Of a stretch of 50,111 nucleotides of DNA, positions 38,701 to 50,096 are shown in pieces. Positions within the stretch are counted from its first letter, which is position 1. Every line of letters begins with the position of its first letter. This stretch comes from Octopus bimaculoides (taxonomy: Eukaryota). The stretch lies in contig NC_068982.1 in assembly GCF_001194135.2 (NCBI RefSeq), positions 2,388,349 to 2,438,459 of the forward strand, in the 5' to 3' direction. The translations under genes were made by a program, and so were the position numbers. Below the pieces are notes generated by a model. The model was not told the DNA's origin and searched no databases. It saw nothing but the letters and a program-made list of their open reading frames with translations.

Positions 38701-40044
38701 TCGAAAACTCTCCATGACATGGCCGTTTACGTTATATGACATTGCTAAGCAAACATTTCTCTTAATTGTAAGAAAACGGGGAGGTGTTATTCTTGATCTA
38801 GGAATTTAAACTGAAGATTACTAACGGTAGGTCTCAGTCTAGAGAGTGTTACTCATCCTTGCTTAATAATTCTGAATCCTTATGCAATGGAATAAAATTC
38901 TAATAATTTGTTGTTATGCTACGAGGCAAATGTGTCTAATTCTTCTGACGATAGAGAAAAGAATTTAGAGGAAAAGTAAACTCGATATCAATTCGACAAT
39001 TTGCAGAGTTAAGTGTCCATGATGCATCAACACCAATTAATGACGATGGTATTGCAGCTCTGTTGCGCTACTCTTCCAGAATTTCAAGTGTGTTTGCGCT
39101 TAAAATTCTTAATTTATTTTTGAAGCGGTTTTAGACGAAATTTTGATTGTCTACCTTAAGAAAGACGTACGATTTCAGGATGCCATGTCTCTGTATAAGA
39201 GATCGTAATTTCAAATGAGATGGGAGATCTTACTCTTCAAACATTAAAGTGTCTCGTACAAGTATGTGTGTGTGTGTGTATGTGTGTGTGTGTCTCTGTG
39301 TGTGTGTTTCTGTGTGTGTCTCTGTGTGTGTGTATGTGTGTGTGTGTGTAACAAAGTTATTTTATAGATATATAGGAAAAACGGAAGTTGAAAATGCGCT
39401 GAGAATAGTTAAATTAATTTTTTGTCATTGTATTGAAAGATTTAACCGGTTTCACAGTTTACACTGGTTTTCAAAAAGTTGAAATAGAAAGACGTGGCTC
39501 ATGTCACAGCTGTTTCGCTTCTGACTAGTGTTTGAAACTTGCTCTATTCTTATAAGGAGTTCATGGCTCAAATTAGTATGTTTTGAATAGGGTTTGATTG
39601 GTAGAGGATAGTCACATGGTTGGTCTTAGAAATTTTTGTAGGTTCTCCGCTACATCCGTGTGCTAGTATCAAGTGATAATGTTTGGCGTCGTAAGTTAAG
39701 GCTGACACATGGTTGACTGAACAAGTATAGCGGTAATACTATTCTCAGTGCAATTGCAACTTATATTTTTCATATATATATATATANNNNNNNNNNNNNN
39801 NNNNNNNNNNNNNNNNNNNNNNNNNNNNNNNNNNNNNNNNNNNNNNNNNNNNNNNNNNNNNNNNNNNNNNNNNNNNNNNNNNNNNNNNNNNNNNNNNNNN
39901 NNNNNNNNNNNNNNNNNNNNNNNNNNNNNNNNNNNNNNNNNNNNNNNNNNNNNNNNNNNNNNNNNNNNNNNNNNNNNNNNNNNNNNNNNNNNNNNNNNNN
40001 NNNNNNNNNNNNNNNNNNNNNNNNNNNNNNNNNNNNNNNNNNNN

Positions 40045-40078
<34 letters not shown>

Positions 40079-40081
40079 TGT

Positions 40082-40920
40082 ATCATTCAGTTATATTCTC
40101 AGATTTCTTGGACATAGAGAAAGAGGAGGTTTCTAACCTAGTGCCCAACGCCCTTCATTGGAATTTCAACAACATCAACAGGGTATTTTATATGTACGAA
40201 TATTTGTAGATTTGAAAGTTTTGTTTTATGTGTGTACTCTCATGCATATAGTTGAAGATCTAGACATGCTCTGGAAAGTTCAACAGATATTTACAGTTCC
40301 ATCGATGAATTGAATCTATAGTCTTCGAATCAGCTTTCTCCCTTCTGGTTTTGAAAAGCCTAATTTCTTACGATCGTTATTTAGGCAGTGTGTTATATAT
40401 CCCAGTGATCCAATAATTACAGGTATATACTTGAACTTGTAATCTGGATAGAATAACTGGAAATTTCTCGATAGTACAGCGTGCTTTCTTTTTCGATGAT
40501 CTTTAGCTTTATATTAGCATCCGCTGGGCAGCTAATTTCCACAACTGTAAGCAGTTTCTCTTCTCTATTCCAAATCATTACATCAGGTGTGTTGTAATTA
40601 CGTGATATTAAGGTTTTCACTGAGACATTACACCGATACTCCTTTTTTATTATGAGTGGCTATAGCTTCCACCATACTGAGGGTTATTGTTTCTTTGCGA
40701 CAGATTTCATTATACGGTGTTCCTAGCCACAACATCACGTCTCACCGATAGATATTACCATTATGAGACCTTTGGACAACTGCGTATGATATGGGTGACA
40801 TCTTCGGTGGTAACTACACAACGTTTCCATCAGTTGTCACATTTTACTGCATTTGCTGTATCTCTGTCCCTTTTGTGTATCAGGTATTTGCTTGGTATTC
40901 CCTGTTCCTGGATTGCATAT
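40082..40920 (-). mobile_element. R4/Dong-like LINE 3' end: CCHC knuckle, RLE domain and 3' UTR ending at (CATA)n
   Basis: AIQEQGIPSKYL, EDVTHIIRSCPK, TPDVMIWNREEKLLTVVEISCPAD (PD..E RLE motif), YPDYKFKYIPVIIGSLGY, LIRRL.IQF. Confidence 0.9.
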
Positions 40921-41698
40921 GTCTGTCTATATGTATATGTGTGTGCGTGCGTGCGTGCGTGCGCGCGCGTGTGTGTGAAAACGTTTAGATATTAAGAATA
41001 TATACAGAGCCTAAATAAGAAAAAAGTAAATTCTCAATAGATCCTGTAATATAATCCTTCCCGTTCGAATAATATGAATATATGCAATGATCTTGATAAC
41101 ATGGAATTTTAAAGAATTATTGACAATAAAATTGTATTATATTATTTACATACGTACACATGCACATCAGTACACACGTTACATATATATATATATATAT
41201 ATATATATANNNNNNNNNNNNNNNNNNNNNNNNNNNNNNNNNNNNNNNNNNNNNNNNNNNNNNNNNNNNNNNNNNNNNNNNNNNNNNNNNNNNNNNNNNN
41301 NNNNNNNNNNNNNNNNNNNNNNNNNNNNNNNNNNNNNNNNNNNNNNNNNNNNNNNNNNNNNNNNNNNNNNNNNNNNNNNNNNNNNNNNNNNNNNNNNNAT
41401 ATATATGTATATATATATATATATATATACCATACATACATACATGTGTGACGAGTTTAAATGTAAAAGTATTTATTAGAAGTTCTATGCGTATGTTCTG
41501 GTATACTTCTATGCGTGCATGAGCGTCCATATCTCGAAATATACGTATAAGACTGTGTGTGGTTGTGGTAAATGTGAAAGTGAATTAAACGCTACTTATC
41601 GTTAAGCAATCAAAAAGACTTTTTTTAAAAACCGTTTTTTGTACCGTGTACAGCAACATCTGCAACGTTTACTTACATATGTATCCTGAAACTTCTAG

Positions 41699-41747
41699 GA
41701 TGGTCCAGAGGCAAGATATCCTGGTCACTATAACTTGTACGACGACG
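41699..41747 (+). other. Candidate 49-nt exon, unassigned
   Basis: Acceptor acttctag| and strong donor ACG|gtgagt. Reads DGPEARYPGHYNLYDD. Lies in non-repetitive-looking sequence. Confidence 0.25.
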
Positions 41748-42539
41748 GTGAGTCCAACTGGGCGTCGCATATCTTGCGTCTGAATGTGCTTAGACTTCTT
41801 AACAAAAAATATATTCACATAATAGTTTTACATCTTGTTGTTCACGGTGCATAAAAACACATTTTATTCATTGACAGTTATTAACACCGATCATCAGATA
41901 TTTTGTCAGCTGAGAGTATAAACAAAACGAGGAGTTTCGTTTAAGCGCAGAGTTCCGGTAGATTTTGCCTGACGAGACACAATTCAAAAGACCGATGAAC
42001 CTGAATCCCGTGCGCAAGTGAGCTTAGTGTGTTAAACGCATAGTCGTCGGAAAATGTAGAAGTTCTTATATACTCCGGTGGCCAGTATATTTTGTGTCTG
42101 GATCTGCTTAGAATTGTTAAGAGTAAACGTATATTTAACAAGATTCTAAATGTTTATTTTCTGCAAATTGATAATTTAGTTTATATATATATATATCTAA
42201 ATAATTTTATGCAACAGATATCGCAAATGTTTTACATAATATGAACATATCTGTGAAGTTTTAATATCACATCTTTCTAATTTGAAACAGTTTAAAATTA
42301 TTAAATAAAATGTGTTTTTCCTAATAGTTGTATACCGTAAATTTTCTGCATTTGTTATACGCATAATTATTTTCTGAAAGTTTAGCAAGTTTGTGAAACG
42401 ATCCGTTTTAAATATTATACACTTTAATCTATAGGATTTAACAATGTAACTGAAATGTGTAATTAATTAATGTTTGTGTTTTACGAGCCGATAAATTGGT
42501 TTCGTAAATTAATGCTACTCATCTTCGCAACTAGTTATA

Positions 42540-42630
42540 TTTGTCTTTGTTTTTACTTGTTTCAGTCATTAGACTGCGGCGATGCTGGGGCACTGCGTGA
42601 AGAATTTTAGTCGAACAAATCAACCAAGAG
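42540..42630 (-). mobile_element. SINE family B 3' tail fragment
   Basis: ttttacttgtttcagtcattagactgcggcgatgctggggcac...ttagtcgaacaaatc. Confidence 0.8.
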
Positions 42631-43560
42631 CCTTCATATAATAGATTAGGCTTTAGAAATAGCTTACACACTTCATTTCGATTAGAGTATATAATAAGAA
42701 ATAAAACTTAAAAACAGTTTACGAAATATTTTGCGCATATCTTGTTTCACTATTGCTTTAAATGGAAATGATTAAAGCTACAAAAATAACAATTTAATAA
42801 GAACCAATCAACAATTCCACATCCACTATGCAAACATGTGGTATGTGGGTATGCAGTTACCTTCTAATGTTGATTCTTCATATTTTGCTCAGATAAATAG
42901 TGTGATTGGTTGATTCAGTGTCTGATTGATTGATTGATTGATTCATTCATTCATTCATTCATTCATTTACTGATTGACAGATTGATTGACCGATTGACAG
43001 ATTGATCCAAAGCCAGTCTTGGCAACGTTAGAGATTTAACTCATATATACCCCTGGTTCCGTTTTCGCAACACAAAACACCTGCTCCTACTTGTTTGGAC
43101 AGGAATTGACCCAGAAGCCTCTGACTGAGTATAGGAAATGTTCAGTAGGTAGTCGGTACCCGTAGCTAGCAGCTGCTCCAGATTGTGAAAGCTTACCACA
43201 AAGTTTAATCTAAATACAGTGAAATTTTTATATGGGTTAAGAACGATACATAGAAATGTTAATGAAAGCGATGCTAGAAAGTTGCGAAGCAGTCCAATGA
43301 CTCTGCCGCTTATGTGTCAGTCACATGTGAACTGTTTGTTGAGATGAAAGTCTATTTGAACAAGGTAGATGTTTTGCCAATTTGCTGGATACATAAGACA
43401 CCGAAAGGTAAAATTAAGATGCAAAAAATTTAGATATAAGTTTATATAGAAATTATAGACGAAATATTTATAAGATCAAATATAGAAAACCAATATGAAA
43501 GATGGAAATCTCTATAACCAGCAATATAGAAATTAATAGACTTAGTTCAACTAATATTCG

Positions 43561-43992
43561 TTTCTACACTAGGTACAAGGCTTGAAAATTTGTCGGAGGG
43601 GCCAGTCGATTACATCGATCCCAGTAAACAACTGATACTTAATTTATCGACCCCGAAAGGATGAAAGGCAAAGTCGAACTCGGCGGGATTTGAACTCAGA
43701 ACATAAAGACAGACGAAATACCGCTAAGCATTTCGCCCGGCATGCTTAACGTTTCTTATTTCTTTATTGCCCACAAGGGGCTAAACATAGTGGGGACAAA
43801 CAAGGACAGACAAAGGGATTAATACAATTACATAGATCCCAGTGCGTAGCTGGTACTTAATTTATCCATCCCGAAAGGATGAAAGGCAAAGTCGACCCCG
43901 GTGGAATTTGAACTCAGAACGTAACGGCATAACGAAATACCGCTAAGCATTTCACCCGGCATGCTTAACGTTTCTGCCAGCTCGCCACCCTC
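43561..43992 (-). mobile_element. SINE family A dimer
   Basis: Two tandem copies of ...ccgaaaggatgaaaggcaaagtcg...gatttgaactcagaac...accgctaagcatttc. Linker gtttcttatt...cacaaggggctaaa...ggggaca is shared with 11227-11640. Confidence 0.93.
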
Positions 43993-44264
43993 TTAGAGCA
44001 ACTAATATTATAATATAAATTCCCAAGTTTTTCCTTGGACCTAAACCCGTTCTCCAGTCGATGGCAAATACAAAGTGAGCGTCTCTCTTCAGCCTAAAAT
44101 ATATACTAAATCTAGAAAAAATCTCGCTAGAGATTTTAATTTGCAAATCCAGACAACCTAATTACAAATCTGTTCTGAAGATGGAATTAACAGGAATTGA
44201 AACACTCGAATTAGTTACATCTGGCAATGAAGTTGGTAACATCTTTTTCTTATCACACTAAGCA

Positions 44265-45150
44265 AAGCATATGTATGTGTGTATGTATGTATGTATGTGT
44301 GTGTATGTATGCATGTATATATGTATGTATGTATGTAAGTATGTATGTATGTATGTGTGTGTATGTATGTATGTGTGTGTATGTATGTATGTATGTATGT
44401 ATGTATGTATGTATGTATGCGTGTGCATGTATGTATATATGTATGTATGTATGTAAGTATGTATGTATGTATGTGTGTGTATGTATGTATGTATGTATGT
44501 GTGTGTATGTATGTATGNNNNNNNNNNNNNNNNNNNNNNNNNNNNNNNNNNNNNNNNNNNNNNNNNNNNNNNNNNNNNNNNNNNNNNNNNNNNNNNNNNN
44601 NNNNNNNNNNNNNNNNNNNNNNNNNNNNNNNNNNNNNNNNNNNNNNNNNNNNNNNNNNNNNNNNNNNNNNNNNNNNNNNNNNNNNNNNNNNNNNNNNNNN
44701 NNNNNNNNNNNNNNNNNNNNNNNNNNNNNNNNNNNNNNNNNNNNNNNNNNNNNNNNNNNNNNNNNNNNNNNNNNNNNNNNNNNNNNNNNNNNNNNNNNNN
44801 NNNNNNNNNNNNNNNNNNNNNNNNNNNNNNNNNNNNNNNNNNNNNNNNNNNNNNNNNNNNNNNNNNNNNNNNNNNNNNNNNNNNNNNNNNNNNNNNNNNN
44901 NNNNNNNNNNNNNNNNNNNNNNNNNNNNNNNNNNNNNNNNNNNNNNNNNNNNNNNNNNNNNNNNNNNNNNNNNNNNNNNNNNNNNNNNNNNNNGGATTGG
45001 ATATGTAGTCTTCGATTCAGCTTTTTCCTTTCCCATTTTGAGAATCCTAATTTCCTCAAGATTGGTATTTGGGCAGTATATTACATATCCCAGGGCCCCA
45101 ATAATTACAGGTATAAACCTGAACTTGGTAACCTGGATAGAGTAACTATG

Positions 45151-45181
<31 letters not shown>

Positions 45182-45400
45182 TTATGTATGTATGTATGTA
45201 TGTATGTATGTGTGTGTGTATGTATGTATGTATGTGTGTGTATCTATGTATCTATGTATCTATCTATCTATGTATGTGTATGTATGAATGTATGTATGTG
45301 TGTATGTGTGTATGTATGTGTATGTTTGTATATATGTATGTGTATGCGTGTGTATGTATGTATGTATATGCGTGGGTGTGTGTACGTATGTACATATGTA
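44265..45400. repeat. Long (TATG)n/(TG)n microsatellite tracts (44265-44517 and 45148-45400) enclosing a gap and a LINE fragment
   Basis: Seen directly. Source of the MYVCMYV and HTYIHTY ORFs. Confidence 0.97.
44994..45147 (-). mobile_element. 5'-truncated R4/Dong-like LINE, RLE C-terminus
   Basis: FRFIPVIIGALGYV...KLGFSKWERKKLNRRLHIQS is collinear with 40290-40450. Confidence 0.88.
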
Positions 45401-45404
45401 TGTA

Positions 45405-45635
45405 TATCTTTGTCTTTCATCTTTTACTCATTTCAGTCATAAGACGGTGGCCATGCTGGAGTATCTCTTTGATGCATTTTAGTCAAATGGTTCCACCGCT
45501 GTACATATTTTCGTTTTATTTCAAGGCTGGTATTCATTCTACCGAATCCTTTTACCCAACTGCCAGGTTACGGGGACGTAAAAACACCTACACCGGCTGT
45601 CAAGCGGTGGATGAAGAAACACACACGCACTCGCG
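45405..45635 (-). mobile_element. SINE family B 3' half
   Basis: tttcagtcataagacggtggccatgctggag...gttacggggacgtaaaaacacc...gtcaagcggtgg. Confidence 0.85.
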
Positions 45636-45649
45636 TACACATTATATAC

Positions 45650-46801
45650 AGGGCTGCAAGATACACCCGTTTGTTTCAGTCCAATGTTATTTGAATTTAT
45701 AGGAAAACTAATTGTATCCTATCATTTTGTGGTCTCTGTAGTATCGAGGTGCCATTTAGCCTCTTCAGGATTCATTTATCGATTTTGAAATTTGAATGAT
45801 TTTTATATCTTTTCAGACGTATTACGAAAGAGTGCCAATTTGGAATAAATGAACATTTACGATTACTTGGTTCTCTTCCAAAGCTGCGAAATCCGCTCGG
45901 GACATTTGCGCTGTGTACGGAGAATGCGCTATTAAAACACGAACAGCACAGAAATAGTTTTTACGATTCAGGTAAGTAAAATATAACCACACGCGCACAG
46001 TCTGTGTTCGGGTCCGACTGCACAGTTCAATGAGAATCGTTTGAACAACCCTATCGAAGAGGAATCATGCCAGTCTACTAGGTAAGTGACCTAGAAGCTG
46101 GGATTCTTTCATGAAACAGTAGACCATCATATTCACTCAATGGGTAAATTCCAAATATGTTGTCTGCGCTCATTACACTCTGAACAAAAGAGGCAAATTC
46201 CAGCGCTCTGCAATCGCCTCCGGGTTGCGCAATCGATACCACGCTACCCTTGACCACACACAGATATTCCTTTACTGCAGCGTCACCTGCGATGAAAAAA
46301 GGTGACCTCACCTCAATATGATGTTGAGTAAACCGTGGTTCCGAATATGTAAGCATCGTCTTGGATCAAGCCAGAGCTTCAGTTATGCAAGACAATGGGT
46401 TGGGTGGAATTGAGTTGAGATTAAATGTGTGCTTTTCCAACATCAGTACTCAAGTGGATCATTTGAGCCAAATTTTAAGAGATCGACTGGGAAGTTCAAG
46501 GGTGAGAACCGTATTCTACGGATATAAGTCATTCACATTATTAATTTTCCGATCGGTCTCAAATAGACTGTGAGGGTATCTTCCGTTCAACAACGCCCTG
46601 GGGTTGAAAAGATGACTCGGTGCAGACTTAGTGTCAAGGCTCGTTTCTGCCGCTAAGGCACTGACAAACCATCGGTACGGTGGCAAGAAGTTGCGAACTG
46701 TGAAGGAGAATGTGTCATTAATCGATTTGTTAAAATTTAATGTTGAAAACTTAAAAATAAACATTAATAATAAGGTAAACCAGTTGATCTGACAAACCAT
46801 C
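45650..46801 (+). mobile_element. Dead mariner transposon (different subfamily from 29900-30888)
   Basis: ECQ..NEHLR, KAAKSARDICAVYGECAIKTRTAQK*FLRF, HIHSMGK, FLYCSVTCDEK (first catalytic D), FRSVSN, RWQEVANCEGECVIN. Confidence 0.9.
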
Positions 46802-47043
46802 ACAACACACACACACACATTATATGCATAATTATTCCCAAGCAAACTAAAAAACTGGTGGTGTGTGAAGAAGACATCTAAAAATCGATAAAAAATAGTA
46901 GAGTGAACTTGGTGTGGAGAATGGAAACTGCAACGCTTTGGACAGCCACCTTCTGCAAGGAGAAGTTTAAAGGAAAGAAATTAATGAGAGACAACTGAGG
47001 TTTACCATACTGTACGTTGCAATAGAAATTTCTGCATATAGAT

Positions 47044-47045
47044 GT

Positions 47046-47111
<66 letters not shown>

Positions 47112-47281
47112 NNNNNNNNNNNNNNNNNNNNNNNNNNNNNNNNNNNNNNNNNNNNNNNNNNNNNNNNNNNNNNNNNNNNNNNNNNNNNNNNNNNNNNNNN
47201 NNNNNNNNNNNNNNNNNNNNNNNNNNNNNNNNNNNNNNNNNNNNNNNNNNNNNNNNNNNNNNNNNNNNNNNNNNNNNNNNN

Positions 47282-47347
<66 letters not shown>

Positions 47348-47350
47348 CAC
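47044..47350. repeat. (TG)n - gap - (CA)n inverted microsatellite
   Basis: Seen directly. Confidence 0.97.
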
Positions 47351-49500
47351 ACACAAAAGCCCGAACACACATACACATACACATATATATTGTTGTATAT
47401 ATTTTGAGCATACAATCTTTCAAAAATTCAAACCATACTTAGGAAGGAAATATCTAAATGTATAGATTTTAAGAAGATATTTATGTGATTAATCATTATA
47501 TTTTTATAAAATTTAAATATTCAAATATATGTATATTTGTGTGTGTTTATATTCATGAGAGAAAAAAAAACTATTCACCCCTTCTATATTGTTTTGTATG
47601 GCATATGCCTAGTCAGGATACGCGGGGGATTCCAACTGACTAATTTATTATCGAGTCGTAAAATGATTGCTCTATGTAGTTTTCATAGCTTGCTATAAAT
47701 ATTCAGTAACTTAAATTCACAAATTACGGTGGACATAGACGCAAATGGTGAAATAATTAAATACCTGACGCTTGTTTTAAAAATGGAATAGTTTGAAATT
47801 CAAAAGAAACAATTTGCATAGAAATAAAATTCATAAACCTATTTTCTCATTCTCTTATTCTGACAGGAAATTAAAAGGGAACAATAACGTAGGTTTAATG
47901 AAAGGAAACTAAAATTGTTAGTGGTACCCTACATTTGAACACTATACTATGCGTGGTTATTACCCATACGGCACTCATCGTACAATGCACAAATATAAAT
48001 ATTATTTCTTGGTTGCCATGTCCGGTTGCATATATCGATGATATACACTTCCAATTACATCTGAATCAGTTTCTAATTATAGAAATGTTTCCAGGATCTT
48101 TTTGCAGACAAATATCAGAGTTTTTCCATGATCCACATGGCTGTAGAAATACTAAAGATTTGCGTTGGTGTATCTCAGTCAACATGGTTAGAGATAACAG
48201 AATAAAGCCGTTCCTAGGATAGGTAGAGAGGAACATGAGAGGAAATATAATAAAAATATAATGTAAATTAAAATAGATACGATAAAAGGAGGAATAAGAT
48301 AGGAAAATAAAGTAAAACAGTATAAAACACATTTCCCCTTTTATTGTATCTAAATCTGTTTTAATTTATTTGTGTTCATCTTTCTTCCTACATATCCTAG
48401 CAAAAGTATTACCCTGATAAAGATTTGTAGAATATCATCTATATTATTGCTGCAGCGAAATCATGCCTAATACTTATATCTGTTGAATACATTCTGTATA
48501 TTTGGCCGTCAGAGACGTTTATTAAATTTTAGAACCTTTTGCTGTATTGGGCTGATTTAATGTTAGGAGATATCTGCAAGTAAATCAAAGAATATTACAG
48601 CAACTCTGTTTTTCTTTTGACGGTTCAAAATTACGGAGATATCTCTTCATATCTTTGAATACGTTCACATTTGACACTTCTGTATTCCATAAATCTTTAC
48701 TGCCAATGAGTTTCTTACTTGATCGCAGATTCAAAGTGTTTTAATTGTAATTTGCATATGGATTTTGAGTAGCAATTATGTAATATTGCATTCATAATCT
48801 TTCCATTTCCACGCAGAAACATTTTCAGTGCGTTTGTACTTGAATTTAGTTTGAAAAATGGAAGTTATATATGGTTTAGTTGTCGTTATTGAGTTTTAAG
48901 ACATGAATGGCCGAAGAGTTAAGAATACGATCCAAAAAGTTTGTAAGGGAAAGTAATTGGCAATTTTATAGAGAGCTAGTATGTCGTATCGATAAAAGCC
49001 AGTGAATGGAAAGTGAAATATTTTATTTATTGTACCTAACGTATAGGATCACATAAGATGGCACACATCAAATTTAATTTGGAAGTCACATATTTATATA
49101 TGAAGAGAAAGTGTTCGGCGCTGATCTGTGAACACTAGTAGCGTTCTTTCAAAAATTGGGTCTCCCTAGATAGAATTATAATTTCAATGTCACCTGTAGC
49201 TACAGTTTTCTAAACTGTTACCAGAAATTTGCCGTATATTATTAGTAATATAAATTTGAATGGCATGTATANNNNNNNNNNNNNNNNNNNNNNNNNNNNN
49301 NNNNNNNNNNNNNNNNNNNNNNNNNNNNNNNNNNNNNNNNNNNNNNNNNNNNTATATATATACATACATATATATAATTACATGGATCAATATATAAATA
49401 TATGATATTTATACACACATGCATTTGTATATATATGTATATATTAATGTTTCATAAACTTGATGAATTGACGAAGGTAATTAATCTAATATTAGCACAT

Positions 49501-49652
49501 ATAACCCCTCCATGAAAAAAGCAGGGCTGTCCGTTCGCGTGGGTTATTGGTACGTTGGTGTAACGGTAGCACACTTCCCGCGAAAACACTCACGTTTGAC
49601 TTCGAATCCCACGCGTACGGACAACGCTCCCATTTTTTCTGCCGAGGGATTA
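49501..49652 (+). repeat. tRNA-like relic enclosed in ~45-bp imperfect inverted repeats
   Basis: TGGTGTAACGGTAGCAC (A box / D arm) and TTCGAATCCC (B box). Arms tgtccgttcgcgtggg and cccacgcgtacggaca. Confidence 0.55.
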
Positions 49653-49738
49653 TTTGCCACAGTGTTAGACTATTTACCTTAGTCAATGCACGGTGATCGT
49701 TTATAACATTTACGATTGTTAAATATTATTATTATTAT

Positions 49739-50096
49739 TTTATGTTTGACTTTTGTTTTGCATTTGTACAAGTTGGATCCAAGTCTCACCCAGAGACCTC
49801 AAGAGACAACAAGTTAGAAGTTCATGTAGGTGTTATGCCTAAGGTACCATATATTTGGATTTGTACAGTTTTGTTCAAGTGAATGTTTAAGAAACCATAA
49901 GAAAATTATGCGTTTGCTTTAAAATTTGAGATCACATAGACAGTATTTTACGTAGGATATGGGCAGTTCCCATGAGCACTATCTTTTGAACTTCAGCCAT
50001 TTTGGGGTTTCCTGGAATCTGATCTAGGTAGTAATCAGCCCGTTTCGCTGTCATTCCCAGGGCACCTATGACAATAGGTATTGTTTTCGTCTTCAG
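49739..50096 (-). mobile_element. 5'-truncated Dong-like R4 LINE inserted in (TAA)n
   Basis: TIPIVIGALGMTAKRADYYLDQIPGNPKMAEVQKIVLMGTAHILRKILSM* plus 3' UTR. (ATT)n lies on both sides (49724-49738 and 50097-50111). Confidence 0.92.

Larger units (their letters stand above)
2611..49352. other. 15 assembly gaps (N runs): 2611-3328, 6695-6704, 15792-16284, 17008-17029, 22933-23158, 24454-24480, 25700-26067, 27315-27508, 28466-28475, 29634-29643, 39787-40044, 41210-41398, 44518-44993, 47112-47281, 49272-49352
   Basis: Seen directly. Most abut (TA)n, (TATG)n or (CA)n tracts. Every X-containing ORF in the track derives from these gaps. Confidence 0.99.

Noticed and set aside
38955-39250. Met-less 60-codon frame (LSVHDASTPINDDGIAALLRY) and a faint piggyBac-like FQDAMSL word
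   Set aside because: There is no polypyrimidine tract, and the resemblances are too short to support either a gene or a transposon call.
2471-49424. Long ORFs containing X runs (e.g. 44227..45702, 25452..26396, 2471..3400)
   Set aside because: They are open only because N gaps and microsatellites lack stop codons.
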